53,138 nucleotides of DNA from Candidatus Dormiibacterota bacterium (GTDB lineage: Bacteria; Chloroflexota; Dormibacteria; Dormibacterales; Dormibacteraceae): assembly GCA_036833175.1 (NCBI GenBank), contig DAITQH010000001.1:1-53138 (forward strand), written 5' to 3'. The notes under the pieces were generated by a model. It was not told the origin of the DNA and searched no databases. It was given only the letters and a program-made list of their open reading frames with translations. How positions within the stretch are numbered: position 1 is the first letter of the stretch; every line of letters starts with the position of its first letter. Of this stretch, positions 23,810-32,940 are shown in pieces. The translations under genes were made by a program, and so were the position numbers.

Positions 23810-25800
23810 CGCGAGGTCGGGTTCGCGGAGCGGCGCAGCTTCTCCGATTTCCGGCAGAACTCGTCGACCGTGACGATCAGCTCGGCGTGAGACCACGTGA
23901 GCGGTGACACAGACAGCGGCGCGCCGGTATTGGGGTCTAACTGCTCGGAGAGCAGACCGCCCGGAAGCTGGTGCGCCACCACCCAGTTGATGATGTCTTG
24001 CGCCGGTTTGAGCTCGCCGGTGTCCTTGGCGATCGCGATGTACCACTGCGCCAGCCACAGCGTGCACATGAACCATGGGTTGCCCGGAACCTTCTTATTG
24101 TCCGGCTCGACCTTGAAGTAGTAGTCGTCCTGGTAGCGGGCGATTCCACCGCACTGGGCCTTGTTGGAAAGCTGGTCGCGGATCGCGTTCATGGTGTCGA
24201 CGATCCGCTGGTCGGTAGGCGGGTACATGCCGAAGCGCCATAGCCCGTGGATCGCGCTGTCCAGGATCATGTCGACCGTCTGGGTCCCGTCGTCCTCGAC
24301 AGCGATGCGGCGGGCAAAACGGCCGAGGTCTTCGCTGTATAGATGAGCGTCCGTCGCTTTGCGCAGCCGGTCCGCCGCGTCGCGATATCGAACGTAGGCG
24401 GCGACGTCGCCGAACAGGTCGGCGAAGTTTCGGGCGGCGTCCAGCCCACCCCACACGGCGCCGACGGTAAACGCGTGGACTCCCCAGCGCTCTTCCCAGA
24501 GATCCCAGGACGGCATCAACAGACCATTTCTCTCGTCGACGTACGAGACCATCCATTCCGCGGCGGGAACGACAAGGGTCGTGTACAGGCCGACGACGAA
24601 ATCGAGGTTGCCGTGAATCCGGTAGTGCTGCCAGAGGGCCCACAGCACGAGGCCCGTCTCGTCTTCCTGGATCGGCAGGGTGCGCACTCCCTGCGAATCG
24701 ATCCACGGAAGCCACGAGCTGCCCGGCAAGCAATACGGGGTGTACTTGTGGAGGAAGAACCCTTCCTCTACGAGGGCCTGCTGGCAGAACTGAAAGAACT
24801 GGCGCGTGATGTCCTCGTGGCCGGCTCGATCGAGCGCGTTGGCGACGAGCGCTCCGTCGCGCGGCCATGCGTAGGCGTAGGTATCACGGGCGAACTTCGT
24901 GATGTCGAAATCTGTCGACGCGATGATCGCGCCGTGGTTGTCGGCGTGCGTGCGCGCAGTCAGGATGCTGCGCCGGTAGAGCTGCGACACATCGGAGCCG
25001 AGCTCTTCGTCGATGTGGCGGTGATCCTTCTCTACCCACACGTGCCAGTAGGTGATGGTCCTGCCGTGATACGTGTCCGGCCCGCGAGCGACGATCAGGT
25101 CCTGGCCGTAGGCGGTGACCTCGCTCAGCCGCGTTCCCATGCACACCCAGTGAGTGAGCGAGCGGGACTCCATCGGCCTGGCCGCCACGAGGTCGAAGCC
25201 GACGGTGCAGTCCACCGAACCCTGCTCGACCGGGTTCTTGCCCAGGATTCCGTCCTCCGCGTCGACCCAGGTACCCGCCAGGCCGTTGCCTTTCTTGCCG
25301 TTGGCCCAGGTGTCGATTCCAAACTCCGGCCCGCTATCGCCTCCGACCAGGAAGTAGCGGTTGCCCTTGTACGCGATGATCCCGCGATGACGCGGGTCGA
25401 AAGCCACCGTGTTGCCGATGTCGGATCCTTCGATGAACCAGTCGTAATGAAAGAACACGCGGCCGGTGTTGAAGCCGCCTGCGCACGTGACCTCGACGTT
25501 GCGTATGAACCAGTTGCGGGCGAGGTCGACGTAATCCGCGAAGTTGACCGTGATCCCCAAACCGGGGTGGTTGACCGTCACGTCGCTGACGAGGGAGTCC
25601 TCCGCGTATCCGAGCCGGCGTTCCCATGCCGGGTCGTCCAGCCACGCGAACTTGCCGTCGATGAAAAAGCCCGTGCGGCAGATGTTGCCCATCGTCTGGT
25701 TGGCATCGCCGACCCGCGGGAAGTAGAGATCGCGAACCGAATAGGTGGAGTCGAAGCCCACCAGGACGTTGCCATTTCCGATGACGAGGCTTCTGGGCAC
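23806..25800 (-). CDS. Glycoside hydrolase family 15 (glucoamylase/trehalase-like)
   Basis: 664 aa. N-terminus MPRSLVIGNGNVLVGFDSTYSVRDLYFPRVG. An (alpha/alpha)6-type C-terminal half (WPRDGALVANAL, LSEQLDPNTGAPLSVSPLTWSHA). Confidence 0.85.
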   Translation of the reverse strand: MPRSLVIGNGNVLVGFDSTYSVRDLYFPRVGDANQTMGNICRTGFFIDGKFAWLDDPAWERRLGYAEDSLVSDVTVNHPGLGITVNFADYVDLARNWFIRNVEVTCAGGFNTGRVFFHYDWFIEGSDIGNTVAFDPRHRGIIAYKGNRYFLVGGDSGPEFGIDTWANGKKGNGLAGTWVDAEDGILGKNPVEQGSVDCTVGFDLVAARPMESRSLTHWVCMGTRLSEVTAYGQDLIVARGPDTYHGRTITYWHVWVEKDHRHIDEELGSDVSQLYRRSILTARTHADNHGAIIASTDFDITKFARDTYAYAWPRDGALVANALDRAGHEDITRQFFQFCQQALVEEGFFLHKYTPYCLPGSSWLPWIDSQGVRTLPIQEDETGLVLWALWQHYRIHGNLDFVVGLYTTLVVPAAEWMVSYVDERNGLLMPSWDLWEERWGVHAFTVGAVWGGLDAARNFADLFGDVAAYVRYRDAADRLRKATDAHLYSEDLGRFARRIAVEDDGTQTVDMILDSAIHGLWRFGMYPPTDQRIVDTMNAIRDQLSNKAQCGGIARYQDDYYFKVEPDNKKVPGNPWFMCTLWLAQWYIAIAKDTGELKPAQDIINWVVAHQLPGGLLSEQLDPNTGAPLSVSPLTWSHAELIVTVDEFCRKSEKLRRSANPTSR

Positions 25801-25927
25801 GTCTATGCGCGGCCAATGCTAGGGGAAGGCGCGCCGACCCGCGATTTACAAGCTAGCTTCCACGTCCGGCCCGGGCCTGCCTACAATCGCGGCAACCGAG
25901 TTTCAGCAAACAACGGAGCACAACGTC

Positions 25928-26479
25928 TTGGAACACGACTCGCAAGATTCGATCGGATTCTGGCCACCCATACGGATCGTCGCCTCACGGCAGCGGCGCA
26001 GGACCGTCGCCGCCCGCCTTCGCTCTGGCGTCCTCGAGCTGCTGGTGCCGTCGTCCATGCCGCACACCGAGCGGCAGCAATGGGCGGAGACGATGCGCAA
26101 GCGCATCGAGCGCCGGATCCAGAAGTCCCGTCCCACCGACGAGCGGCTGGCCGAGCGCGCGCGAACGCTCAACCTCCGCCACTTCGGCGGCCGCCTGCGC
26201 TGGACCTCGATCGGTTTCGCGGACATGGCTCATACCTGGGGAAGCTGCACGTTCACGACCGGCGCGATCCGCATCGCCGCCCGCGCCGCGACGTTGCCCG
26301 AATGGGTGCTCAACTACCTGCTCGTACACGAGCTCGCGCACCTGGTGCAAAGCGACCACGGGCCAGCATTTCACGAGCTTGAGAATCGATATCCGCTGGC
26401 CGAGCGGGCGAAGGGCTACCTGATGGCGCTAGATAGCACGGGGGAGGCAGGCCTCCCCCGTGGAACCCCCTCCGCGTAG
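25928..26479 (+). CDS. DUF45/YgjP-like zinc metallopeptidase-fold protein
   Basis: 183 aa with a TTG start. RQRRRTVAARL...LELLVP..., and HExxH in YLLVHELAHLVQSDHGPAFHEL. The last 13 codons and the stop lie inside repeat unit 1. Confidence 0.7.
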   Translation: MEHDSQDSIGFWPPIRIVASRQRRRTVAARLRSGVLELLVPSSMPHTERQQWAETMRKRIERRIQKSRPTDERLAERARTLNLRHFGGRLRWTSIGFADMAHTWGSCTFTTGAIRIAARAATLPEWVLNYLLVHELAHLVQSDHGPAFHELENRYPLAERAKGYLMALDSTGEAGLPRGTPSA

Positions 26480-26840
26480 CACATTGCCTGGAGGCGCTTG
26501 GAAAGGGCATAGGTGACGGCCGGAGTAAATCCGGCCTAGTGCTCCACTGATGTATTTGTCTAAGGGGTGAGGACGATTTTTGTCGCTTCGCGGGCCGCGA
26601 ACATCCGGTAGGCCTCTTCGCCCTGGTCGAGCTTGAGCTCGGGGGAGGCAGGCCTCGCCCGTGGAACCCCCTCCGCGTAGCACATTGTCTAGACGCGCCT
26701 GGAAGGGGGCATAGGTGACGGCCGGATTGAATCCGGCCTAGAGCTCCACTGGAGATATTTATCTAAGGGGTGAGGACGATCTTCGTCGCTTCGCGCGCGG
26801 CGAACATCCGGTAGGCCTCTTCGGCCTGGTCGAGCTTCAT
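26440..26840 (+). repeat. Tandem direct duplication, two units of about 201 bp (26440-26640 and 26641-26840)
   Basis: Aligned by eye, the units match at roughly 9 of 10 positions with two 1-nt indels. Each unit contains GGGGGAGGCAGGCCTC(C/G)CCCGTGGAACCCCCTCCGCGTAGCACATTG, a GGCCGGA-N5-TCCGGCC hairpin, and the last 25 codons of the ADH gene on the minus strand. Confidence 0.9.
26560..26640 (-). pseudogene. Orphan duplicate of the ADH 3' end (last 25 codons plus stop)
   Basis: Minus-strand reading gives ...KLDQGEEAYRMFAAREATKIVLTP*, against the true gene end MKLDQAEEAYRMFAAREATKIVLTP* (26763-26840). There is no upstream coding continuation. Confidence 0.8.
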
Positions 26841-27800
26841 GCGGTGACTGATGATCATGTCGGGCTTGAGCCGCCCGGCCGCGATGAGGTCCAGCAGCGG
26901 CCTCATGTACTTCTGCACGTTGCAGCGGCCAGAGCGAAAGGTCAGCGACTTCTCCCACATGTGGTAATAGGGGAAGTCGGCCGTGAACTCGCTCGGAACT
27001 CCGACCACGGAGATCGTTCCACCTCCACGCACGCACTGGATGGCGGTCTCGACCGTGGCGGTGAGTCCAACCGCCTCGATGCTCGAGTCGGCGCCGATGC
27101 CACCGGTATGGGCGGCGATTGATTCCACCGGGTGCGCGTGGCCGGCATTGATGGGCGTACCGCCAAGCTCCTGTGCCAGCTCCAGTCGCGACTCGACCAT
27201 GTCGACCACCAGGACGCGCGCCGGACCATAGAGCTGCGCGCACATGGTCGCCATCAAGCCGACGGGACCGGCGCCGATCACGGCCACGTTGTCGCCGGGA
27301 TGGATGTCGGCTCGCTCGGCGGCAAACATGCCGGTGGACAGGATGTCGCCAACGAAGATCGCCTGCTCGTCGGACATGCCATCGGGAATCAGCTCCATCG
27401 AGTGATCTGCAAGAGGGACCACGACGTATTCGGCCTGACCGCCTCCAAGGTCGCCCAGCAGCGCGCCAAACCCAAAGGTCGCCATGTTGATGCACTCGTT
27501 GAACCAACCCTTTCTGCAGAGCGCGCAATTGCCACAAGCCGTGTAGAAGCTGACGACCGCACGATCCCCGGGCTTGAACCGCTTGACCGCTGATCCGACC
27601 TCCTGGACCACGCCGACGAACTCGTGCCCGAGCAGCTCGCCCGCCGCCATCGGTATGCGCCCGCGGTACGCGTGCAGGTCCGACCCGCAGATCGCGCCGA
27701 GCGTCACCTTCAACAGCACCTCGTCAGGGCCGCGAAGCGATGGCTTCGGGACGTCGATGACCTTGACCTCCCCCACTCCCTGGAACGTCGCCGCTTTCAT
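26763..27800 (-). CDS. Zinc-dependent alcohol dehydrogenase (MDR superfamily)
   Basis: 345 aa. Motifs GHEFVGVV and CGNCALCRKGWFNEC, and Rossmann motif VAVIGAGPVG. Confidence 0.9.
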   Translation of the reverse strand: MKAATFQGVGEVKVIDVPKPSLRGPDEVLLKVTLGAICGSDLHAYRGRIPMAAGELLGHEFVGVVQEVGSAVKRFKPGDRAVVSFYTACGNCALCRKGWFNECINMATFGFGALLGDLGGGQAEYVVVPLADHSMELIPDGMSDEQAIFVGDILSTGMFAAERADIHPGDNVAVIGAGPVGLMATMCAQLYGPARVLVVDMVESRLELAQELGGTPINAGHAHPVESIAAHTGGIGADSSIEAVGLTATVETAIQCVRGGGTISVVGVPSEFTADFPYYHMWEKSLTFRSGRCNVQKYMRPLLDLIAAGRLKPDMIISHRMKLDQAEEAYRMFAAREATKIVLTP

Positions 27801-27833
27801 GCCCGCCAGTCTAGGCCGACCCTACGCCGGCGG

Positions 27834-28736
27834 CTACTTCTGCCAGGCCTCGATCAGCTTCTCGAGCTGCTTGGCGTTCTTGACCGAGTAGTTCGAGTAG
27901 TTGTTGTTCATGAGCGCGTGCACCTGCTTTGCCGAACGCTCCATCTCCTTGATCCGAGGCACCCACTCGGCGAGCTCCTCGTCCTTATAGTCGTGGCGGA
28001 ACCGGAGGTTGGGAGGCGCTCCCTTGATGTCCCAGGTCTCGTGGTTGCGCCCGTGAAAGCGAACGACCGCGAGCTTGGACGATGTCACTTCGAAGACCGG
28101 GGGCATGCTGGTCTTGTGGCCTGGTGGCACATCGACGGCGACAAACGGGATGTCGCGCGAGCGTAGGAAGGCCAGCGTCCCATCTTTGTGCCTGGCGTCC
28201 AGCCATTCGGGCTTGCGGAACTCCACCGCGACCTGGAAGCCGAACATGCGCTCCTGGCATTGCTCGATGTAGGCCAGCGAGCGCGACGAAGGGAGAAACC
28301 ATGGCGGGAACTGGAAGAAGACCGCGCCGAGCTTGCCCGCGGCTCGCAGGGGCTCCAGCGCGGTGCGGAACCGATCCCATGATTCGTCCACCAGCTCGTC
28401 GGGCATCTGCTCGAGGTAGATGTTCTTTTCGCGCAGCTTGTCGGGCAGCTGCTCACGAATGTCCGGCGGCAGCGCCATCGGCTTGGTCGGGTGATTCGTG
28501 AACAAAGAGAAGGACTTGATATCGAAGGTGAACTCCTTGGGCGTCCGAGCCACCCACAGCTCAGAGTTCTCCGGCTTCGGCATCCCGTAGTAGGTGGAGT
28601 CCACCTCGACCAGCGAGAACTGGCTGGCATAGAAGTTCAGCCGCTCCTCCGACGTCTTGACGTTGAGCGGGTAGAAGAGCTTGGAGTCGATCAATGACTT
28701 GTCGATCCAGCCGGCAATCCCGACCCGCACAGTCAT
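27834..28736 (-). CDS. DUF72 (YecE-like) family protein
   Basis: 300 aa: MTVRVGIAGWIDKSL...FYASQFSLVEVDSTYYGMP...FFQFPPWF. Confidence 0.8.
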   Translation of the reverse strand: MTVRVGIAGWIDKSLIDSKLFYPLNVKTSEERLNFYASQFSLVEVDSTYYGMPKPENSELWVARTPKEFTFDIKSFSLFTNHPTKPMALPPDIREQLPDKLREKNIYLEQMPDELVDESWDRFRTALEPLRAAGKLGAVFFQFPPWFLPSSRSLAYIEQCQERMFGFQVAVEFRKPEWLDARHKDGTLAFLRSRDIPFVAVDVPPGHKTSMPPVFEVTSSKLAVVRFHGRNHETWDIKGAPPNLRFRHDYKDEELAEWVPRIKEMERSAKQVHALMNNNYSNYSVKNAKQLEKLIEAWQK

Positions 28737-28765
28737 GGGTCCGATCGTAGCCTGACCTCGCCAGA

Positions 28766-28800
28766 CCCCACCCGCACCCTCCCCTAAAGGGGAGGTGGGG
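28766..28800 (+). promoter_or_regulatory. Hairpin pairing the cyclase Shine-Dalgarno with an upstream CCTCCCC
   Basis: CCTCCCC (28778-28784), loop TAAA, GGGGAGG (28789-28795). An outer helix pairs CCCCA (28766-28770) with TGGGG (28796-28800). The GGAGG lies about 10 nt before ATG 28805. Confidence 0.45.
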
Positions 28801-28804
28801 CGAT

Positions 28805-30976
28805 ATGATCCGACCGCCCGTGGGCCGCCACATCCGCTACTGGTACACGTACCGCACCGCGGTAGCGGTCGCCATCGCCGTCGTGCTCAGCGGAGCCATC
28901 TACTGGCTGTACACCCAGCAGGTGGCATGCGACACCCACGCGGGCTGCCTCGCCAATATCTCGGTGCACCCGCAAGACCGGTTCGCCGACCAGCGGGCAC
29001 CTGGCAACAACGTGGTCATCGTCGGAATCGACGACAAGAGTGTGCAGTCGATCAAGCAGTACCCACCACCGCGGAGCGTCTACGCCCAGGCTCTTCAGAC
29101 CCTCGAGTCAAAAGGGGCCCAGGTGGTTGCCTTCGACGTCGGGTTCCCAGATCCCCGCGAGACCAAGAGCGACCTGACCTTCGCGAACGCTCTTGCCCAG
29201 AGCAAGATCCCCGTCGTGCTGTCGTACGGCGCTGACAGCGCGTGTCCAGGGCAGCCCAACTGCCCGTCGCCCAACGGCAAGGTCGTGCAAAAGGGCATCG
29301 ACCAAATCCCGCTAAAGCTGTTTCGCTGCGCGGACACCAACACGGATCCGAACGTCCCGTGCCAGAAGCCTTACCCCAACGTCATCCTCGCCTCCACCGA
29401 CCTGGTCCTCGACGCTGACGGCGTCGCGCGCCGGATTCCTCTCTTCGTCCAGCCCGCCTGCTTCGCAGACGGAATGTGCACCACGCCGGTGATCGACTCG
29501 CTTGGATTCGCCGCCTACCGAGCCTTCTTCGACCAGTCCCAGACCTTGCACGAATCGAACGGCACCGCCACTTTTGGCACGGCGTTGAGCGTGCCCGTCG
29601 ACTCCACCGGGTCGGCTTTGATCAATTTCACCGGGCCTCCGAACACTTTCAAGCAGTACAACCACTACGTCTCGTTTTCGGATGTCTTGAGCGGCTCGGT
29701 GCCGCAGGACGCGATCAACGGGAAGATCGTCCTGGTCGGCTACTACCAGCTGTCGGGAGTGAACGACCAGCAGCTCGTGACGACGAGCGCCGGCTCCAAC
29801 GCCACCCTCGCCATGGCCGGCGTTGAGATACACGCCAACGTCGTCGACATGTTGCTGGGACCCAACAAGCTGCTGAGCCCGGAGCCCGCGTGGCTGCTCT
29901 TTCTGCTCATCCTCGTGCTGGGTTTGGCCACCGCGGTCGGCGTGGCCCGCGTCAGCGTCCTGTGGGGGCTTGCCGGCACTGTGGTGGCGCTGGTCCTGTT
30001 CACCTTAGGCATGAGCTACCTGGCGAACTTCCAGGGTTTCGTACCCGACCTGTTCCATCCATGGCTTGCCATCGCCCTCGCCTACTCAGGTGTTACGGCT
30101 TATCGCTTCCTCTACGAGGACCGCGAGAAACGCAAGGTCACCGCGATCTTCAGCCAGTACCTGAAGCCCGAGATCGTGGCCGACCTGGCGAAGAGAAGGC
30201 GAGGCGTAGACGACATCATGCGCGGCGGTGAGCGGCGCGACCTGACCTTGCTGTTCGTCGACATCCGCGGCTTCACCGCGATGTCGGAGTCGATGGCGCC
30301 GCCCGACGTCACAGAGCTCGTCACCACATACCTCGACCACCTCAGCGGAATCATCTTTACCTGGGATGGGACCGTCGACAAGTACGTGGGCGACGAGATC
30401 GTGGCGTTCTGGAACGCGCCCCGCGAACAGCCGGACCACGCACTGCTGGCGGTGCGCTGCGCCTATGACCTGGTCAACCGCGCCCCCGAGCTTGAGCAGC
30501 GCCTGATCGCCAAGGGCCTGCCGCCGATTCGCTGGGGTATAGGCATAAACACCGGGCCCGCGGTCGTGGGAATGATGGGGTCGCGCAGCCGGATTCAGTA
30601 CACCGCCTTAGGGGATACGGTCAACACGGCCGCCCGATTCTGCGCGCACGCTCCTGCTTTTCACCTGCTGATAGGCCAGCAGACATACGAGCTGTGCAAG
30701 GACTACATCGCGGTCGACCTGGTCCCGGGCGTGCAGCTCAAAGGCAAATCAGCCGAGACGTTTCGTATCTACCAGGTGACCGCGATCCGCGAGACGCCGA
30801 CGTCGCCCTGGGTTTACTTCCCGACCGAGATGGCCACGCAAGCGCACAACACGTTCACGTCCCAGTACACGCAGCAGACAGTGATCGCCGCTGGAGAGGC
30901 AGGCTCGACCGACATCCTGGTCGGGGAAGCTGCCGAGCAGGCGCTGGCAGCCGGGCAGGGTCCTTCGCCGACCTAG
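28805..30976 (+). CDS. CHASE2 sensor domain-containing class III adenylate/guanylate cyclase
   Basis: 723 aa. N-terminal TM segment plus periplasmic-type CHASE2 region, 3 TM segments, then the cyclase domain (LTLLFVDIRGFTAMSE, GDEIVAFWNAP, IGINTGPAVVGMMG, YTALGDTVNTAARF). Confidence 0.85.
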   Translation: MIRPPVGRHIRYWYTYRTAVAVAIAVVLSGAIYWLYTQQVACDTHAGCLANISVHPQDRFADQRAPGNNVVIVGIDDKSVQSIKQYPPPRSVYAQALQTLESKGAQVVAFDVGFPDPRETKSDLTFANALAQSKIPVVLSYGADSACPGQPNCPSPNGKVVQKGIDQIPLKLFRCADTNTDPNVPCQKPYPNVILASTDLVLDADGVARRIPLFVQPACFADGMCTTPVIDSLGFAAYRAFFDQSQTLHESNGTATFGTALSVPVDSTGSALINFTGPPNTFKQYNHYVSFSDVLSGSVPQDAINGKIVLVGYYQLSGVNDQQLVTTSAGSNATLAMAGVEIHANVVDMLLGPNKLLSPEPAWLLFLLILVLGLATAVGVARVSVLWGLAGTVVALVLFTLGMSYLANFQGFVPDLFHPWLAIALAYSGVTAYRFLYEDREKRKVTAIFSQYLKPEIVADLAKRRRGVDDIMRGGERRDLTLLFVDIRGFTAMSESMAPPDVTELVTTYLDHLSGIIFTWDGTVDKYVGDEIVAFWNAPREQPDHALLAVRCAYDLVNRAPELEQRLIAKGLPPIRWGIGINTGPAVVGMMGSRSRIQYTALGDTVNTAARFCAHAPAFHLLIGQQTYELCKDYIAVDLVPGVQLKGKSAETFRIYQVTAIRETPTSPWVYFPTEMATQAHNTFTSQYTQQTVIAAGEAGSTDILVGEAAEQALAAGQGPSPT

Positions 30977-32340
30977 TGCAGGTAGGTCGCAGCCAGCACG
31001 GCGACAAGCGCCGGCAGCGAGACCGTGCCCAGCAGCACGCCCATGCATCCCGCCGATTGCTTCACGACGGGCTTGGCGGGCGGGGTCGGGTTGTAGACCG
31101 GGGCAGGCGGCACCGCCAGCGCAGGCTGCTGCAGGGCGATGCCGATGGGCGTGGCCGGAACAATCGCCGGCTGCGGCGCGGCGCCCGGAACCATCTTCGA
31201 CAGGTCCGCGCCCGGTTCGAGGCTGCGCTGCCAGCCTGGAAATAGGCGGTCTGCGATCCGCGAGATCGTGTCGTCGAACTCCTGACCCGTTTGGTAACGG
31301 TCTTCGGGCCGCTTCGAAAGCGACTTGAGGATCGCCACCTCGAGCTCGGGATCGAGCCCAGGGCGGTGAAGGGACGGCGGCTTGGGCGGCGCCTGCACGT
31401 GCTTCGCCATCAAGGTGAAAGGGCCATCGGCCTCTGTGGCCGTGAATGGGGCCTGCCCGGCCACCAGCTCGTAGAACATGATCCCGGCCGAGTACAGGTC
31501 GCTTCGCCCGTCGACCTTGCTCGAGGCAACCTGCTCAGGCGACATGTACTGGGGCGTTCCGACGGTGGTGCCGGTCTTTGTCGCCGTCCCACCCACGCCG
31601 GTGTCGTCGGTCAGGCGCGCGATGCCAAAGTCGGCGACCTTGACCATGCCGTCGTCTGACAGGAGGACGTTCTCGGGCTTCATGTCCCGGTGAACGATCG
31701 CGTGCTTGTGCGCGTAATCGAGAGCCTGCAGCACGCCATGCATGACGGCGAAGACCTGCGGCGGGGGGATGGCGCCTCGATTCAGCCACTCCCGCAGCGA
31801 CTGTCCTCGCACGAACTCGAGCACGATGTAGCTCGCCTCACCGGTGAGCTCGAGGTCATGGACCTGCACGAGATTCGGGTGGCTGGTCCGGGCCATCACC
31901 TGGGCCTCTTGCAGAAACCGCTTCAGCGCCACCGGGTCTTGGGCCGCCGACTGGATCAACTCCTTGATGGCGACCTCGCGCCCGAGGCCGGGCTGTTCGG
32001 CGAGGTAGACGGTTCCCATTCCGCCGCGCCCGAGCTCGCCCTTGACCCTGTACTTGCCGATGTACCGCTCCGTGGCCGGCTGAGGCGCGGCGATGATGGC
32101 TGGAATCGGAGGGGGCGGCGTGCTCGGCGGCGGGACCGGAATCAGGCGCATCGTGGCCGAGACGTCCGACACCAAGGGCGCCTGTACAGAAGGTTGAGCG
32201 CTTAATGGCGTTGCGGCGGCAGCCGGCTGCGGCGCCGTGTGGGCGGGCGGAAACGCCGCCTGTCGGGGTGGCGGGGATTCAGCATCCTGCTGCATGGGCG
32301 CCCACGGTGGAACGCCCGGTGGTTGACCCGAATCGGTCAT
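30973..32340 (-). CDS. Ser/Thr protein kinase (Hanks-type), Pro-rich N-terminus, C-terminal membrane anchor
   Basis: 455 aa. Motifs GRGGMGTVYLA, AIKEL, HRDMKPENVLL, DFGIA and GTPQYMSPE. Ends in a hydrophobic helix GVLLGTVSLPALVAVLAATYLH. Confidence 0.9.
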   Translation of the reverse strand: MTDSGQPPGVPPWAPMQQDAESPPPRQAAFPPAHTAPQPAAAATPLSAQPSVQAPLVSDVSATMRLIPVPPPSTPPPPIPAIIAAPQPATERYIGKYRVKGELGRGGMGTVYLAEQPGLGREVAIKELIQSAAQDPVALKRFLQEAQVMARTSHPNLVQVHDLELTGEASYIVLEFVRGQSLREWLNRGAIPPPQVFAVMHGVLQALDYAHKHAIVHRDMKPENVLLSDDGMVKVADFGIARLTDDTGVGGTATKTGTTVGTPQYMSPEQVASSKVDGRSDLYSAGIMFYELVAGQAPFTATEADGPFTLMAKHVQAPPKPPSLHRPGLDPELEVAILKSLSKRPEDRYQTGQEFDDTISRIADRLFPGWQRSLEPGADLSKMVPGAAPQPAIVPATPIGIALQQPALAVPPAPVYNPTPPAKPVVKQSAGCMGVLLGTVSLPALVAVLAATYLH

Positions 32341-32476
32341 CTCTTCGCGAGACTAGCAGAGTGTGTTGAGGGCTCGACCAAGTACGCGCGATCCGCTGAC
32401 CCGCTATGGCGTTTTGGCGCCATTCCACCCATAATCGGGCGCGCAGCAGCCAGCCAACAGGACAGGAGAGAAGTCA

Positions 32477-32890
32477 ATGTCGCAGATCCCACCGCCACCC
32501 CCGTCGCAACCGTCTCCGATGGGAGGCATGCCAAGCGCCACGGACGGCAATAAGAACGTCTACACCATTCTCGCCTGGGCGTTGTTTCCACCTATCGGGA
32601 GCCTGATATTTCTCTTCGTCGGAAAAGATGATGCAGACGTCAAGTACAACGCGGCGAACGCCGTTCTCGTCCACGGCGCCATGCTCGCTGTCTACATCGT
32701 CCTCTGGATCGTCTCCGCCATCATCTTGCCGCTCTTGATACTGGCGACGCTCTGGGGCTTCATCTGGTTTCTGGTCTGGATCGTGGGGTTGGTCGTGGCT
32801 TTTCAGGCAGGCGGCAAGAGGATAAATTTCCCAGTCCTCGGGCCGATGGTCGCTGCGTACGTGCCGATGGTCGAGGGCTGGGCCAAGTAG
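32477..32890 (+). CDS. DUF4870-like small membrane protein
   Basis: 137 aa. Pro-rich N-terminus followed by 3 hydrophobic helices (ILAWALFPPIGSLIFLFVGKDDADVKYNAANA...). Confidence 0.6.
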   Translation: MSQIPPPPPSQPSPMGGMPSATDGNKNVYTILAWALFPPIGSLIFLFVGKDDADVKYNAANAVLVHGAMLAVYIVLWIVSAIILPLLILATLWGFIWFLVWIVGLVVAFQAGGKRINFPVLGPMVAAYVPMVEGWAK

Positions 32891-32908
32891 CGTCGATTCG
32901 CATTTCGT

Positions 32909-32940
32909 AAGGCCTCGCATCAGCGGGGCCTTTCTTTTTT
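32909..32940 (+). terminator. Rho-independent terminator
   Basis: Stem GGCCTCGC / GCGGGGCC (32911-32918 / 32923-32930), loop ATCA, then TTTCTTTTTT (32931-32940). It lies between the two convergent genes. Confidence 0.8.

Noticed and set aside
25801-25927. Promoter calls in several divergent gaps (TACAAT at 25882-25887; AT-rich 4100-4145; TATATC upstream of clpP near 12600)
   Set aside because: Only -10-like hexamers are present, without convincing -35 boxes at 16-18 nt spacing. This is too weak to list as features.
26720-26749. tRNA-like 3' end in the repeat core: a 5-bp stem GCCGG/CCGGC with a 7-nt loop, then 7 nt, a T, and CCA
   Set aside because: The loop does not match the TTCRANY T-loop consensus. 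No complementary 5' acceptor strand (GCTCTAG-like) or D and anticodon arms can be placed at the required distance in any of the three copies.
26440-26840. CRISPR array or integrative-element att sites, considered because of the direct repeat and the duplicated gene 3' end
   Set aside because: There are only two units with a 201-bp period and no short spacer-repeat alternation or cas genes. The duplicated 3' ends are only about 200 bp apart, with no cargo or integrase between them, so this is not an intact island. At most it is a scar.
26429-27537. ORFs 26429..26683(-) 84 aa and 26689..27537(-) 282 aa
   Set aside because: The first merely reads through the two repeat units, so its own sequence is internally duplicated. 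The second is an out-of-frame, Arg-rich read through the ADH gene.
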